Positions 9,039 through 18,461 of a stretch of DNA of 64,000 bases are shown here, piece by piece. Each line of letters begins with the position of its first letter. Position 1 is the first letter of the stretch. The DNA is from Nitrospirota bacterium (GTDB lineage: Bacteria; Nitrospirota; Nitrospiria; SBBL01; JAADHI01). The notes under the pieces were generated by a model that saw only the letters and a list, made by a program, of their open reading frames with translations, was not told the origin of the DNA and searched no databases. Where the stretch lies: NCBI GenBank assembly GCA_029261215.1, contig JAJDBT010000017.1, positions 28 through 64,027 on the forward strand. The letters run 5' to 3'. A program made the position numbers and the translations under genes.

Positions 9039-10163
9039 ATGAAGGATGCTACTTTTTTGACCGGCCTGAACCCCTTTCAAATGCGTCTGATTGAAGTCTG
9101 CCGGTCGCTCGCGGAAGATGAACGGGTTTTTATCAGCAGCGTTGACATACTGAAAGTCATCGCCCTGGATGACTGGGGTATGGACGAGATTACTTTTGAA
9201 GAAGATTGCGAAGAACTGGGGAGCATGGTTCACCCCATCGAAGAATACGATGAGGAAAGTGTAGGTTTCGCCTATCGCACGCTCTTGCAAATGGGACTGC
9301 CCTGGCGAAACCGTTATCCTTATTTCACCCTGGCAGGCATGATGGGGGATATTCACGATGAAATCCCCTTCGGACCGGAATCGGTCGAAGTCCGGCTCAC
9401 AAAACACGCACAGACCTTGTTTCCTGTCCAAAAAAAGCCCTTGCTCCCCGTGACCTTGTTAAACGGTGCCATTTTGGACGATGGCGTTGAAATTCCGCCG
9501 CATAATATCGAGGAACTGTGGATGGCGATGGAAAAGATCCGACAAGAGCCGGATGTCACTGTGGATGAACTCATGGAAATTCTGCCCGGCCCCGATTTTG
9601 GCGCAGGCGGTGTCGTGGGTGGTTTTGAGGCGATTCGCACGCTTTATGAAAAAGGTGAAAGTGTGCTCACGATTAGAGCAAAAATCAACACCATTATCGA
9701 CGGCGGCCGCACACGTATTGAGATTTTATCTTTGCCGCACGGCGTTCTGATCAATACGGCCCTTGAGCAAATTCGCGGCCTCAACAAAAATGACCGCTTT
9801 CCAGATTTTCTGGTCAAAGATCATTCCGAAGGAAAAATCTTACGTATCATGGTGGATATGTCTGCGGCCACATCAGCGGAAGCATTCAAAGCCATTCTCT
9901 ATCGGGAAACGGATTTGGAACGTGTTATCCGTTTTAGATGCGCCTTTAAAGACAATGACGGTTGGACCCTCGAAGGCGCGCTTATTCCCGTTTTGAAAGA
10001 AGCCGTGCGCCAGTGCAGTTCGGGATGGGAACAAAAAAGCGGAGACCCGATTGATTTTATTCCTTTTTTTAGAGACATGATGCGTCACGGCGGCTATAAA
10101 AACCCCTTGAGCAAACTCTCTGATGAAAGAAAAACAGCAATCCTCAAAATGGATCCTTCATGA
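9039..10163 (+). CDS. Truncated DNA gyrase/topo IV subunit A-like protein (WHD + tower region only) lacking the catalytic tyrosine
   Basis: Hand alignment to E. coli GyrA residues ~85-300: [10 protein letters not shown] / [31 protein letters not shown] / [37 protein letters not shown] / HIPGPDFPTAAII. The AAMRYTEIRL active site aligns with GPESVEVRL, so Tyr122 becomes Ser and Arg121 becomes Glu. Confidence 0.7.
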   Translation: [374 protein letters not shown]

Positions 10164-11083
10164 ATGCATTTGTTTTTGCGACAGAACAAACCCCGCAAGA
10201 GAAAATGAATGGGGAAAACCACGCCTTTCTTCTTTTAGAAGGTCGCCCCCTGCTGCTTTATGTGCTCATGGCGCTGGATCGTGTGGAGACCATTCAAAAG
10301 ATTTTTGTTATCGGTCCACCAAAAGAGGTGATGCGGGTGATTGAAAGTGTGATGTTCACGCTTCCCTTTCAAAAACAGATTGTCGTTGTCACACCCAAAG
10401 AGACACTCCTGGATAGTTTATCTGCCGCACAATTGCAAAGCGCTGCGACCAGAAGTTCAGAAGAGACTTTGCCCATGATCTCGCCGCCGGCACTCTTTCT
10501 TCTCGGCAATATTCCCTTTGTCACCACCGCCGAAATCTCAACCTTTGTTGCAGCGGCCGATCTGCTGAATAACGATCTTTGTGTTTCTTACGCGAGGGAT
10601 GGGGCATTCGATTTTCTGGAACTAAATCATGATGAAGCGACTGCTCAATTAAAAATATCCTGGCCTTCATCCTATGGACCGTATCATTTGGGGCGGCTTT
10701 TTCTTGCAAGGCCAGGAGAGATGGGAAAGCGGGAGGCGCTTCAACAAATTCTTGCCCTTCCGGTGCAAACCCCTTGCGAGAAAGATCAACTTGAGGCTTT
10801 TTTTAAAATAATTGATTTAAAAATGGAAGAAAAAGAAAAAACGAACCCGGAACTTGGCGGGATAACAGCCAAAACCTCGGCTTTTTTAAATGCCCGACTT
10901 CAACTCATCGAAACCCAAACGGGTGGAAACACCCTCCCCGTCCACAATACCGCGTCTTACGATTTTGTCTCAAAACATTTCGAAACCTGGCGGCAGCATA
11001 TCGGCACACTCAAAAGCGATCAAGGCGAAAAAATCTGTTCCATTTCCGGCGCAGTCTGCGAAACGGATGGGCATGAGCATTAA
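10160..11083 (+). CDS. Hypothetical protein with a degenerate MobA-like nucleotidyltransferase (GT-A) fold N-terminal half
   Basis: AFLLLEGRPLLLYVLMAL and ALFLLGNIPFVTTAEI match the MobA/NTP_transf_3 pattern (K.ll.l.GkpLl.hvl; l..gD.Pfv....i). The G-rich LAGGxGxR loop is absent and the Asp is replaced by Asn. ATGA start/stop overlap with the upstream gene. Confidence 0.45.
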   Translation: MNAFVFATEQTPQEKMNGENHAFLLLEGRPLLLYVLMALDRVETIQKIFVIGPPKEVMRVIESVMFTLPFQKQIVVVTPKETLLDSLSAAQLQSAATRSSEETLPMISPPALFLLGNIPFVTTAEISTFVAAADLLNNDLCVSYARDGAFDFLELNHDEATAQLKISWPSSYGPYHLGRLFLARPGEMGKREALQQILALPVQTPCEKDQLEAFFKIIDLKMEEKEKTNPELGGITAKTSAFLNARLQLIETQTGGNTLPVHNTASYDFVSKHFETWRQHIGTLKSDQGEKICSISGAVCETDGHEH

Positions 11084-11125
11084 GCGAAGGATAAAGAGAT
11101 AAAACTTTTGATCCTCTTTGTGCTT

Positions 11126-11159
11126 CCCTGAAGCGTCTAAGAGAATTCAAGGGTTTTTT
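11126..11159 (+). terminator. Intrinsic terminator candidate downstream of 10160..11083
   Basis: CCCTGAA...TTCA(A)GGG stem followed by T6 (11154-11159). The T-run overlaps the stop codon of the convergent gdh gene. Confidence 0.45.
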
Positions 11160-12453
11160 AAGGAAACAGCCCTCTTGCAAGCTTGGCATCTGCGATCTTT
11201 CGAATGGAGAGCATCATTGCGGCCATCCGCATATCGACTTTTTCGGACAAGGAAATTTGAAGCACTTTGCCGAAAGCAAGAGTGACAATGTCGCGCAGAC
11301 GTTCGTTGATTTCCTCTTCTTTCCAAAAGAAATGCTGTAAACCCTGCACCCACTCAAAGTAAGAAACCGTTACCCCGCCTGCATTGGCCAGAATATCTGG
11401 AATAAGGAAGATGCCCCGGTCTTTTACAATCTGATCGGCCGTCGGGGTTGTCGGGCCATTTGCGGCTTCCGCAAGAATTGTGCACGAGATGCGCTCCGCA
11501 TTCTCTTCAGTGATCTGCTCTGAAAGTGCAGCGGGCACAAGCACATCACAAGGCAGTTCAAGTAAATCATGATTGTTGATCTCGCTCGCTTCTGAAAACC
11601 CCTTGAGATAAAGATGCTTTTGAACGTGTTTCTGTAAGGCAGTGATATCAAGGCCATTCGGATTATACAGACCGGAATGGACATCACTGACTGCAATGAT
11701 TTTGCAGCCTTTCTCACTGAGGGTATGAGCGGTATGCGAGCCCACATTTCCAAAACCTTGAATAACCACTGTTTTGCCATCGGGAGTCATTCCAAGATGA
11801 CGCATGGCCTCCAGGATGCAGTAGACCACACCTCGTCCTGTGGCTTCGACCCGCCCAAGTGATCCGCCGATACTAATCGGTTTTCCTGTCACGATTTCAG
11901 GAATGGAATAGCCTTTAAGCTGACTATACGTATCCATCATCCAGGCCATTACTTGTTCGTTTGTGCCCACATCCGGCGCAGGCACGTCCACATCCGGTCC
12001 AATAAACGGAATAATTTCTGCGGTATATCGGCGTGTTAAGCGCTGGAGTTCATTGCGTGAAAGGGCATGCGGGTCACAACGCACACCTCCTTTTGCCCCG
12101 CCAAAAGGCAAACCCATGAGGGCGCATTTCCAGGTCATCCACATCGCCAGGGCTGAGACTTCCCCCAGACTCACGTCTGGATGAAAACGAATGCCGCCTT
12201 TTGAAGGCCCCAAGGTCGTATCATGGTGAACCCGGTAGCCGTGAAAGACCTCAACGGTCGTGTCGTCCATGCGAATGGGGATGTTGACCATGATCGCCCG
12301 TTTGGGATCGGTAAAGCGTTTTCTGAGGTTGGGGTCGAGGGCCAGTTTGTCCGCAGCCGCGTCAAACTGAGAGAGGGCCATCTTGTAAATCGGAGTGTAG
12401 TATTCGGGATTATCTCGATGTTCTTTTCGATGAAGTCTCACCATGGGCGCCAC
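11158..12453 (-). CDS. gdhA: Glutamate dehydrogenase (Glu/Leu/Phe/Val dehydrogenase family)
   Basis: GPSKGGIRFHP and PFGGAKGG (catalytic Lys) motifs. GFGNVG Rossmann motif. Confidence 0.9.
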   Translation of the reverse strand: MAPMVRLHRKEHRDNPEYYTPIYKMALSQFDAAADKLALDPNLRKRFTDPKRAIMVNIPIRMDDTTVEVFHGYRVHHDTTLGPSKGGIRFHPDVSLGEVSALAMWMTWKCALMGLPFGGAKGGVRCDPHALSRNELQRLTRRYTAEIIPFIGPDVDVPAPDVGTNEQVMAWMMDTYSQLKGYSIPEIVTGKPISIGGSLGRVEATGRGVVYCILEAMRHLGMTPDGKTVVIQGFGNVGSHTAHTLSEKGCKIIAVSDVHSGLYNPNGLDITALQKHVQKHLYLKGFSEASEINNHDLLELPCDVLVPAALSEQITEENAERISCTILAEAANGPTTPTADQIVKDRGIFLIPDILANAGGVTVSYFEWVQGLQHFFWKEEEINERLRDIVTLAFGKVLQISLSEKVDMRMAAMMLSIRKIADAKLARGLFP

Positions 12454-12518
12454 CTCTCTAATTTAGGGGAGTATTTTGAAAGAAATCAGAAAGCGGGTTT
12501 TATACTGAACCGCCGCAT

Positions 12519-13322
12519 TTATTCAGAAACAAATCGAGGCAGATCTCTGATTGCAATCATCCCGATCAGATCACGAATGGATAGGATCCCGATAACCCTG
12601 CCCGACTCACTCACACCAAGATGCCGGATGCCTTTTGTTTCCATGAGTTCTGTGGCCAATTGGACGGAGGCGTTGATGTCGATATCAATCACAGGGGTGT
12701 TCATAATCACGCCAACGGGAATCTCGGCCGCATTCAGTCGATAGCCCATGACCTTTCGAACAAGGTCGGCTTCAGTGACAATGCCAATGTAGTGACCATC
12801 ATCGGTAATCATGAGAGAGCCGATCTTACTCTCGCCCATTTTCTGGGCAGCTTCTCTTGCAGTAGCCGAGGCATCAATGGTGGCGACATCCCGATGCGTC
12901 AATACCGTTAAGGGTTTGATGACATCCCCAATAGCATTCATCGGTCCCTCTTCAGACGACAGGAAAAATTTGACGAGGTCTCTGACGGAAATCAGGCCCG
13001 TTACTTCTCCATTCTCGGAAATAGCAAGATGACGTATTTGATTAAAATACATCAAGTGATTGGCATCCATGACAGACTTTTCAATATCAATATCAATCAG
13101 GGGACGCGTCATCACTTCTTTGACCGGCGTATCCAGGGAAAGCCCTTTGGTAAAGGCTTTTCGCACAAGATCGCTATCGGTTACGATACCAATGAATGTG
13201 TCATTTTCCCGAATAAACACGGATCCGACTTTCTCGTCTCGCATCATGCGAGCGGCATCCGTTATTGTAGATTCTGGATTGATATGGATAATTTCACGAT
13301 GAATCAAATGGCTTAGGGACAT
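12519..13322 (-). CDS. CBS domain-containing protein (four CBS motifs, two Bateman modules)
   Basis: Four repeats of the hhh.....G(I/L)(V/I)(T/S)..D(L/V)(V/I) pattern (GIVTDSDLVRK, GLISVRDLVKF, GIVTEADLVRK, GILSIRDLIGM). Confidence 0.8.
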   Translation of the reverse strand: MSLSHLIHREIIHINPESTITDAARMMRDEKVGSVFIRENDTFIGIVTDSDLVRKAFTKGLSLDTPVKEVMTRPLIDIDIEKSVMDANHLMYFNQIRHLAISENGEVTGLISVRDLVKFFLSSEEGPMNAIGDVIKPLTVLTHRDVATIDASATAREAAQKMGESKIGSLMITDDGHYIGIVTEADLVRKVMGYRLNAAEIPVGVIMNTPVIDIDINASVQLATELMETKGIRHLGVSESGRVIGILSIRDLIGMIAIRDLPRFVSE

Positions 13323-13399
13323 ATTGAATTCCTTAATATCGATCAGGACGGATTATGAGGCGTTAAGTTATTGAAATAATATCTAAAATATTAACCGCT

Positions 13400-13453
13400 G
13401 TCAATTCAAGATGTTACTCCATAATTGACTTTGTCAGTATGATTCGGTACATT
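13400..13453 (+). promoter_or_regulatory. Candidate sigma70 promoter with an overlapping inverted repeat, upstream of the beta-oxidation operon
   Basis: TTGACT (13425-13430), 17 nt, TACATT (13448-13453). Inverted repeat GTCAATT (13400-13406) / AATTGAC (13423-13429) overlaps the -35. Confidence 0.3.
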
Positions 13454-13520
13454 AAAAACAGTCTCGAAGTTCATGATCATGATGCTCTGGGATTAAATCC
13501 CCCCATGTCCAGGAGGTCTA

Positions 13521-15200
13521 ATGGAACGGCCTTGGTTGTCTTGTTATGAACCCAATGTCCCAGAATCTATTTCATACCCTGAAACCCCTTTACATCAATT
13601 TTTAGTTAACTCTGCTGAACGCTTTCCTGAAAAAGAAGCCCTGTCTTTTTATGGAAAAGGACTGACCTATCAGGAACTGGACGAGGCAACGAATCAATTT
13701 GCCAACGCCTTAAAAACCTTAGGCATCAGAAAAGGCGACCGTGTCGGTATTATGCTGCCAAATGTACCGCAGTGTGTCATCGCCTATTATGCAGTACTCA
13801 AACTGGGCGCGGTCGCAGTCATGACCAACCCGCTTTATGTGGCTTCAGAAATTCAGGTTCAAATGGCCGATTCCGGTGCCCAAACCCTCATCGCGCTTGA
13901 TTTTTTCTACCCTCGCATCGAAGAAATTTTAAAAGAAACACCGCTCAAAAACATTATTCTTACTTCTGTTCGGGATGCCCTTCCCTGGCTCTTGTCACTG
14001 CTTTACCCCTTGAAAGCACGTCGGGAGGGACAATGGATCAAGATACAAAAAACACCCCCCATTTATGACATGAAGCACTTGATGAAATCGGCTTCTACCC
14101 AAGCAATTGTTGAAACGGTTACACTGGATGATCTCGCCATTCTTCAATATACCGGTGGAACAACGGGCATACCCAAAGGCGTCATGCTTTCCCATCGCAA
14201 CCTGGTGGTCAATGCCATCCAATGCCGGAATTGGATGCCTTCCCTTGAAGAAGGCAAGGAACGCTTTCTTTCCGTGATCCCCTTTTTCCATGTATATGGG
14301 ATGTCAACCTGTATGAATATGGGGATTTTTCTGGGAGCAACGCTCATTTTGCAAGCGCGTTTTGTCACAAAAGATGTGCTGAAAGCCATTGATAAACTGC
14401 ATCCCACGATTTTTATGGGCATCCAGGCCATGTACGTCGCAATTAACAATTTCCCTTCCATTAAAGAGTATGACCTTTCATCCATCAAAGCCTGTATCTC
14501 CGGCGCGGGACCACTGCACCAGGAAGTCCAGCGGCAATTTGAAGCGTATACAGGAGGAAAACTGGTCGAAGGTTACGGCCTTTCAGAAGCTGCTCCCGTC
14601 ACGCATGCCAATCCCATCAATGGCAAACGTAAAGCCGGATCGATCGGCTTGCCGATTTCTGACACCCTCGCCAAAGTGGTCGCAGAAAACGACTTCACGA
14701 AAACCTTAAACATCGGGGAAACCGGAGAACTGGTTGTCAAAGGACCACAGGTCATGTTGGGATATTGGAAAAACCCTGAAGAAACCGAAAATGTCCTTCG
14801 GGATGGCTGGCTTTACACGGGTGATATGGCCTGCATGGACGAAGACGGTTTTTTCTATATTGTAGATCGAAAAAAAGACATGATTAAAACAAAAGGTGAA
14901 AATGTCTATCCACGAGAAGTTGAAGAAGTGCTCTTTCAACACCCGAAAGTCCAGGATGCCGTCGTAGTCGGCATCCCCGATCACTTTTCCGGAGAAATAA
15001 TCAAGGCCTATCTCGTACTTAAAGAAGGAGAATCGGCCACTGATGGAGAAGTAGTGACCTTCTGCAAAGAACGACTGGCAAAATTCAAAGTTCCTAAAGC
15101 AGTGGAATTTCGGACAGAACTCCCAAAAACCATTATCGGGAAAGTGTTAAGACGGGTGCTTTTGGATGAAGAAATGAAAAAAATAAAAGGGGACGCATGA
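13521..15200 (+). CDS. fadD: Long-chain fatty acid-CoA ligase (AMP-binding family)
   Basis: AMP-binding signature YTGGTTGIPKGVMLSHRN, plus GYGLSEA and YTGDM..DEDGFFYIVDRKKDMIK motifs. Confidence 0.9.
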   Translation: MERPWLSCYEPNVPESISYPETPLHQFLVNSAERFPEKEALSFYGKGLTYQELDEATNQFANALKTLGIRKGDRVGIMLPNVPQCVIAYYAVLKLGAVAVMTNPLYVASEIQVQMADSGAQTLIALDFFYPRIEEILKETPLKNIILTSVRDALPWLLSLLYPLKARREGQWIKIQKTPPIYDMKHLMKSASTQAIVETVTLDDLAILQYTGGTTGIPKGVMLSHRNLVVNAIQCRNWMPSLEEGKERFLSVIPFFHVYGMSTCMNMGIFLGATLILQARFVTKDVLKAIDKLHPTIFMGIQAMYVAINNFPSIKEYDLSSIKACISGAGPLHQEVQRQFEAYTGGKLVEGYGLSEAAPVTHANPINGKRKAGSIGLPISDTLAKVVAENDFTKTLNIGETGELVVKGPQVMLGYWKNPEETENVLRDGWLYTGDMACMDEDGFFYIVDRKKDMIKTKGENVYPREVEEVLFQHPKVQDAVVVGIPDHFSGEIIKAYLVLKEGESATDGEVVTFCKERLAKFKVPKAVEFRTELPKTIIGKVLRRVLLDEEMKKIKGDA

Positions 15201-16387
15201 AAGAAATTGCGATTATTGAAGGTGTTCGAACCCCCATAGGAAACCTGGGCGGCGCACTCAAGGAAATAACCAACCATAAAATGGGCGAACTTGTGGTACG
15301 TGAGGTGCTAAAACGGGCCGAAATAGATCCATCGCTCATCGAAGAAGTCATTTTTGGTTGTGTCGGTCAATATAGCGATGCGACCAATCTTTCCCGCGTG
15401 ATCACCCTCATGGCCGGGCTTCCGATCACTACGCCAGCCTACACTGTCGCAAGAAATTGCGCTTCGGGACTGCAGGCCGTTGTGAATGCCTGCCAGAATA
15501 TTTCATCCGAAGATGCCGACATCCAGATTGCGGGCGGTGTGGAAAATATGAGTCTGGCCCCCTATGTTTCACGGGACATGCGTTTTGGAAAAAGGATGAA
15601 ACATTCTCAAATGATCGACACCATTTGGGAAGGTCTAACCGATGGCTTCTGTGGTCAGATTATGGGGTATACGGCGGAAAACCTTGCCGAAGAGTTTCAG
15701 ATTTCGAGGGAAGAACAGGACAAATACGCGGTCGAAAGCCATAAACGGGCCTTTCGGGCCACACGTGAAGGGAAGTTTCGAGAAGAAATCCTCCCCGTTT
15801 CCATCCCCAAAAAAGTCGCAGGCAAAGAAGTAACAGCGGAAGTGTTTGCACAGGACGAAGGTCCCAATATTGCGCTCACCGAGCAAATGTTGTCCCTTTA
15901 CCCTGCCATCTTTAAAGAAGGCGGGAGTGTCACACCCGGCAATGCCTGCCCCATCAGTGACGGCGCGGCCGCATTGGTCATCATGTCCGGGGAAAAGGCA
16001 AAAGCGCTGGGGAAAGAACCGCTGGGTTATGTCCGCTCTTATGCCTCTGTGGGCGTCGAACCCTCCCGTATGGGCATTGGCCCGGCGGTGGCCATTCCCA
16101 AAGCGCTTAAAAAAGCGAATCTTTCTCTTTCGGATATTGAACTCATTGAGGTCAATGAGGCCTTTGCGGTGCAGTATCTGGCCGTTGAAAGAACGCTGGG
16201 ACTCAATCGGGAGATTACCAATGTCAATGGCGGTGCCATTGCCCTGGGGCATCCCGTGGGCATGAGCGGTACCCGTTTAATTATTACCCTTTTAAAAGAG
16301 ATGAAACGGCGGAACTTAAGCCTCGGAGTCGCTTCACTTTGCGTCGGAGGCGGTTTGGGTTCGGCCATGGTCTTGGAAAGAAAATAG
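15197..16387 (+). CDS. Acetyl-CoA C-acyltransferase (thiolase)
   Basis: Active-site Cys in ARNCASGLQAV. C-terminal NVNGGAIALGHPVGMSG and CVGGGLGSAMVLE. ATGA overlap with fadD. Confidence 0.95.
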   Translation: MKEIAIIEGVRTPIGNLGGALKEITNHKMGELVVREVLKRAEIDPSLIEEVIFGCVGQYSDATNLSRVITLMAGLPITTPAYTVARNCASGLQAVVNACQNISSEDADIQIAGGVENMSLAPYVSRDMRFGKRMKHSQMIDTIWEGLTDGFCGQIMGYTAENLAEEFQISREEQDKYAVESHKRAFRATREGKFREEILPVSIPKKVAGKEVTAEVFAQDEGPNIALTEQMLSLYPAIFKEGGSVTPGNACPISDGAAALVIMSGEKAKALGKEPLGYVRSYASVGVEPSRMGIGPAVAIPKALKKANLSLSDIELIEVNEAFAVQYLAVERTLGLNREITNVNGGAIALGHPVGMSGTRLIITLLKEMKRRNLSLGVASLCVGGGLGSAMVLERK

Positions 16388-16395
16388 GAGGAGCG

Positions 16396-17604
16396 ATGTA
16401 TATCTACAAAGCCGCAGTCATCGGCGCAGGCACAATGGGCGCGGGTATCGCGCAAGTCATCACCTACTCCGGTTTGCCTGTCATTTTAAAAGATGTGGAT
16501 CAGGAAGCGGTTGACCGTGGTCTCGCCACTGTCCGAAAAATTTATCAAAACCGGGTCGATAAAGGGAAAATGACCGCTTCGGAAATGGATCAAAAAATGG
16601 CTTTGGTCACCGGTGCAACCGATCATTCCGGTTTTTCAGATGTCGATATCGTGATTGAAGCGATTTATGAAGACGTTTCCGCCAAACAAAAACTTTTTCA
16701 GGAACTGGAAACAGTCTGCCCCGAAAGCACGATTTTTGCCAGCAATACCTCATCTCTCCCGATTTCTGCCATTGCCTCGGCCACAAAAAAGCCAGACAAA
16801 GTGATTGGCATGCATTTTTTTAACCCAGCGCCGGTCATGAAACTGGTTGAAGTCATCCCCGGACTCGGTACGTCTCAGGAAACGGTGGACGATGTCGTGC
16901 TGTTTTCCGAAAGTTTACGAAAAATCCCTATCCGTGTTCAGGAATGCGCGGGTTTTCTTGTGAACCGCCTTTTAATGCCGTATCTCAATGAAGCCGCCAT
17001 TGCCCTGCAAGAAGGCGCGGCTTCTGCAAAAGAAATTGATGCGGCCCTGGTGAACTTCGGTATGGCCATGGGTCCCTTGACCCTTTTTGACATGGTCGGC
17101 ATTGATGTTTCTGTAAAAGTATCCGATATCCTGCATGACGCCTATGGCACGCGCGCCACAGCGGCCGCGATTCTGCGTGAACTGGAAAAGGCCAATCGCC
17201 TTGGCGTAAAAAATGGTGCAGGTTTTTATAATTACAATGATAAACCTGAAGGAGAACTTGAGGCTTTGATCCAAAAAGTCAAAGACACTTCCCGTCCCAA
17301 AAGCTCTTTTTCTGCCAATCGACTGATCATGCCGATGATTAATGAAGCGGTGATCTCTCTTCAGGAAGGCGTTGCTTCTGCGGAGGATATTGATATTGCC
17401 ATGATGGCGGGAACCGGCTTTCCGCAAGACAAAGGCGGGCCGCTCCACTATGCCGATCAAATCGGCGTTGGTGTCGTTTTGTCGGAACTCGAATCCCTGA
17501 AAAAATCCCACGGAGACCGTTTCTGGCCTGCCCCGATGCTCAAACGCATGGTACAAGGCGGCTATCTAGGCAAAAAAACAGGTAAAGGATTTTTTAATTA
17601 TTAA
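16396..17604 (+). CDS. 3-hydroxyacyl-CoA dehydrogenase (NAD-binding domain plus duplicated C-terminal domain)
   Basis: AAVIGAGTMGAGIA Rossmann motif directly after the ATG at 16396, which is preceded by AGGAGGAG. The track start at 16339 overlaps the thiolase and was rejected. Confidence 0.9.
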   Translation: MYIYKAAVIGAGTMGAGIAQVITYSGLPVILKDVDQEAVDRGLATVRKIYQNRVDKGKMTASEMDQKMALVTGATDHSGFSDVDIVIEAIYEDVSAKQKLFQELETVCPESTIFASNTSSLPISAIASATKKPDKVIGMHFFNPAPVMKLVEVIPGLGTSQETVDDVVLFSESLRKIPIRVQECAGFLVNRLLMPYLNEAAIALQEGAASAKEIDAALVNFGMAMGPLTLFDMVGIDVSVKVSDILHDAYGTRATAAAILRELEKANRLGVKNGAGFYNYNDKPEGELEALIQKVKDTSRPKSSFSANRLIMPMINEAVISLQEGVASAEDIDIAMMAGTGFPQDKGGPLHYADQIGVGVVLSELESLKKSHGDRFWPAPMLKRMVQGGYLGKKTGKGFFNY

Positions 17605-17634
17605 TCATTTCATCCTTGTTTTCAGGAGGCTCTT

Positions 17635-18414
17635 TTGACAGACCCACTCATTATCACGGCAATAGATGGTGCCGTCGCGACCATCACGATCAACAATCCG
17701 CCCAAAAATGTGCTTACGATCCCATTGATGGATGCCCTGGGAAAAGCGGTTGATGTATTGGCCAAAGACGACTCGGTTAAGGCCATTGTCATTACCGGAT
17801 CGGGTCCGATTTTTGTGGCCGGAGCCGATATCAAAGTCATTGCATCGATTTCTTCCTCAGAAGCCGGAGAAGCACTCGCACGACAGGGCCAAGCCCTTTT
17901 TAACAAAATCGAACAATTGAAAAAAGTCGTCATTGCGGCCATCAGCGGTTATTGCCTTGGCGGTGGCATGGAGCTTGCGATGGCTTGCCATCTCCGTATT
18001 GCCGGTGACCGCTCGCGCATGGGACAACCAGAAATCAATTTGGGCATCATCCCCGGTTTTGGCGGCACACAGCGCCTGCCCAGAATTGTAGGACAGGCCA
18101 AGGCCATTGAGTTGATCTTAAGCGGAGACATGATTCATGCGGAAGAAGCCAAACAAATTGGACTGGTGAACAAGGTCGTCCCGGAAGGTGAGGTTTTAAA
18201 ACAGGCCACTGGAATGGCCAAAAAGCTGGCATCAAAAAGCAAGTGCACCATTCAGGCAACACTGACGGCCATTGAAGAAGGCATGAACGAACCTTTGTCC
18301 ATCGGACTGGGACGTGAAGCGCAATTATTTGGAGAAATATGCCAAACGGCAGACATGAAAGAAGGCGTCAGCGCTTTTCTCGAAAAACGGCAGCCCAAGT
18401 TCCAGGATAAATAA
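17635..18414 (+). CDS. Enoyl-CoA hydratase (crotonase family)
   Basis: VAGADIK and AISGYCLGGGMELAMACHLRIA oxyanion-hole signatures. TTG start after AGGAGG. Confidence 0.9.
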   Translation: MTDPLIITAIDGAVATITINNPPKNVLTIPLMDALGKAVDVLAKDDSVKAIVITGSGPIFVAGADIKVIASISSSEAGEALARQGQALFNKIEQLKKVVIAAISGYCLGGGMELAMACHLRIAGDRSRMGQPEINLGIIPGFGGTQRLPRIVGQAKAIELILSGDMIHAEEAKQIGLVNKVVPEGEVLKQATGMAKKLASKSKCTIQATLTAIEEGMNEPLSIGLGREAQLFGEICQTADMKEGVSAFLEKRQPKFQDK

Positions 18415-18461
18415 TCTACTCTGTTTCTAATATTCAATCGTTGGCTTTAAAGTGAGGTGTT

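Noticed and set aside
15635-16252. A 205-aa ORF antisense to the thiolase gene. Similar long antisense ORFs occur at 16972..17556 (194 aa, opposite HADH), 27455..28039 (194 aa, opposite the MCP), 12223..12744 (173 aa, across the gdh/CBS junction) and 8952..9431 (159 aa, opposite the GyrA-like gene).
   Set aside because: Each lies fully inside or across a gene with strong family motifs on the other strand. Their translations are low-complexity (R/G/F/H-rich) and carry no recognisable motif. These are typical shadow ORFs.
16339-16395. The upstream start of the 3-hydroxyacyl-CoA dehydrogenase ORF (MRRRRFGFGHG...).
   Set aside because: It overlaps the thiolase C-terminus in another frame. The ATG at 16396 follows AGGAGGAG and is immediately followed by the Rossmann GxGxxG motif.
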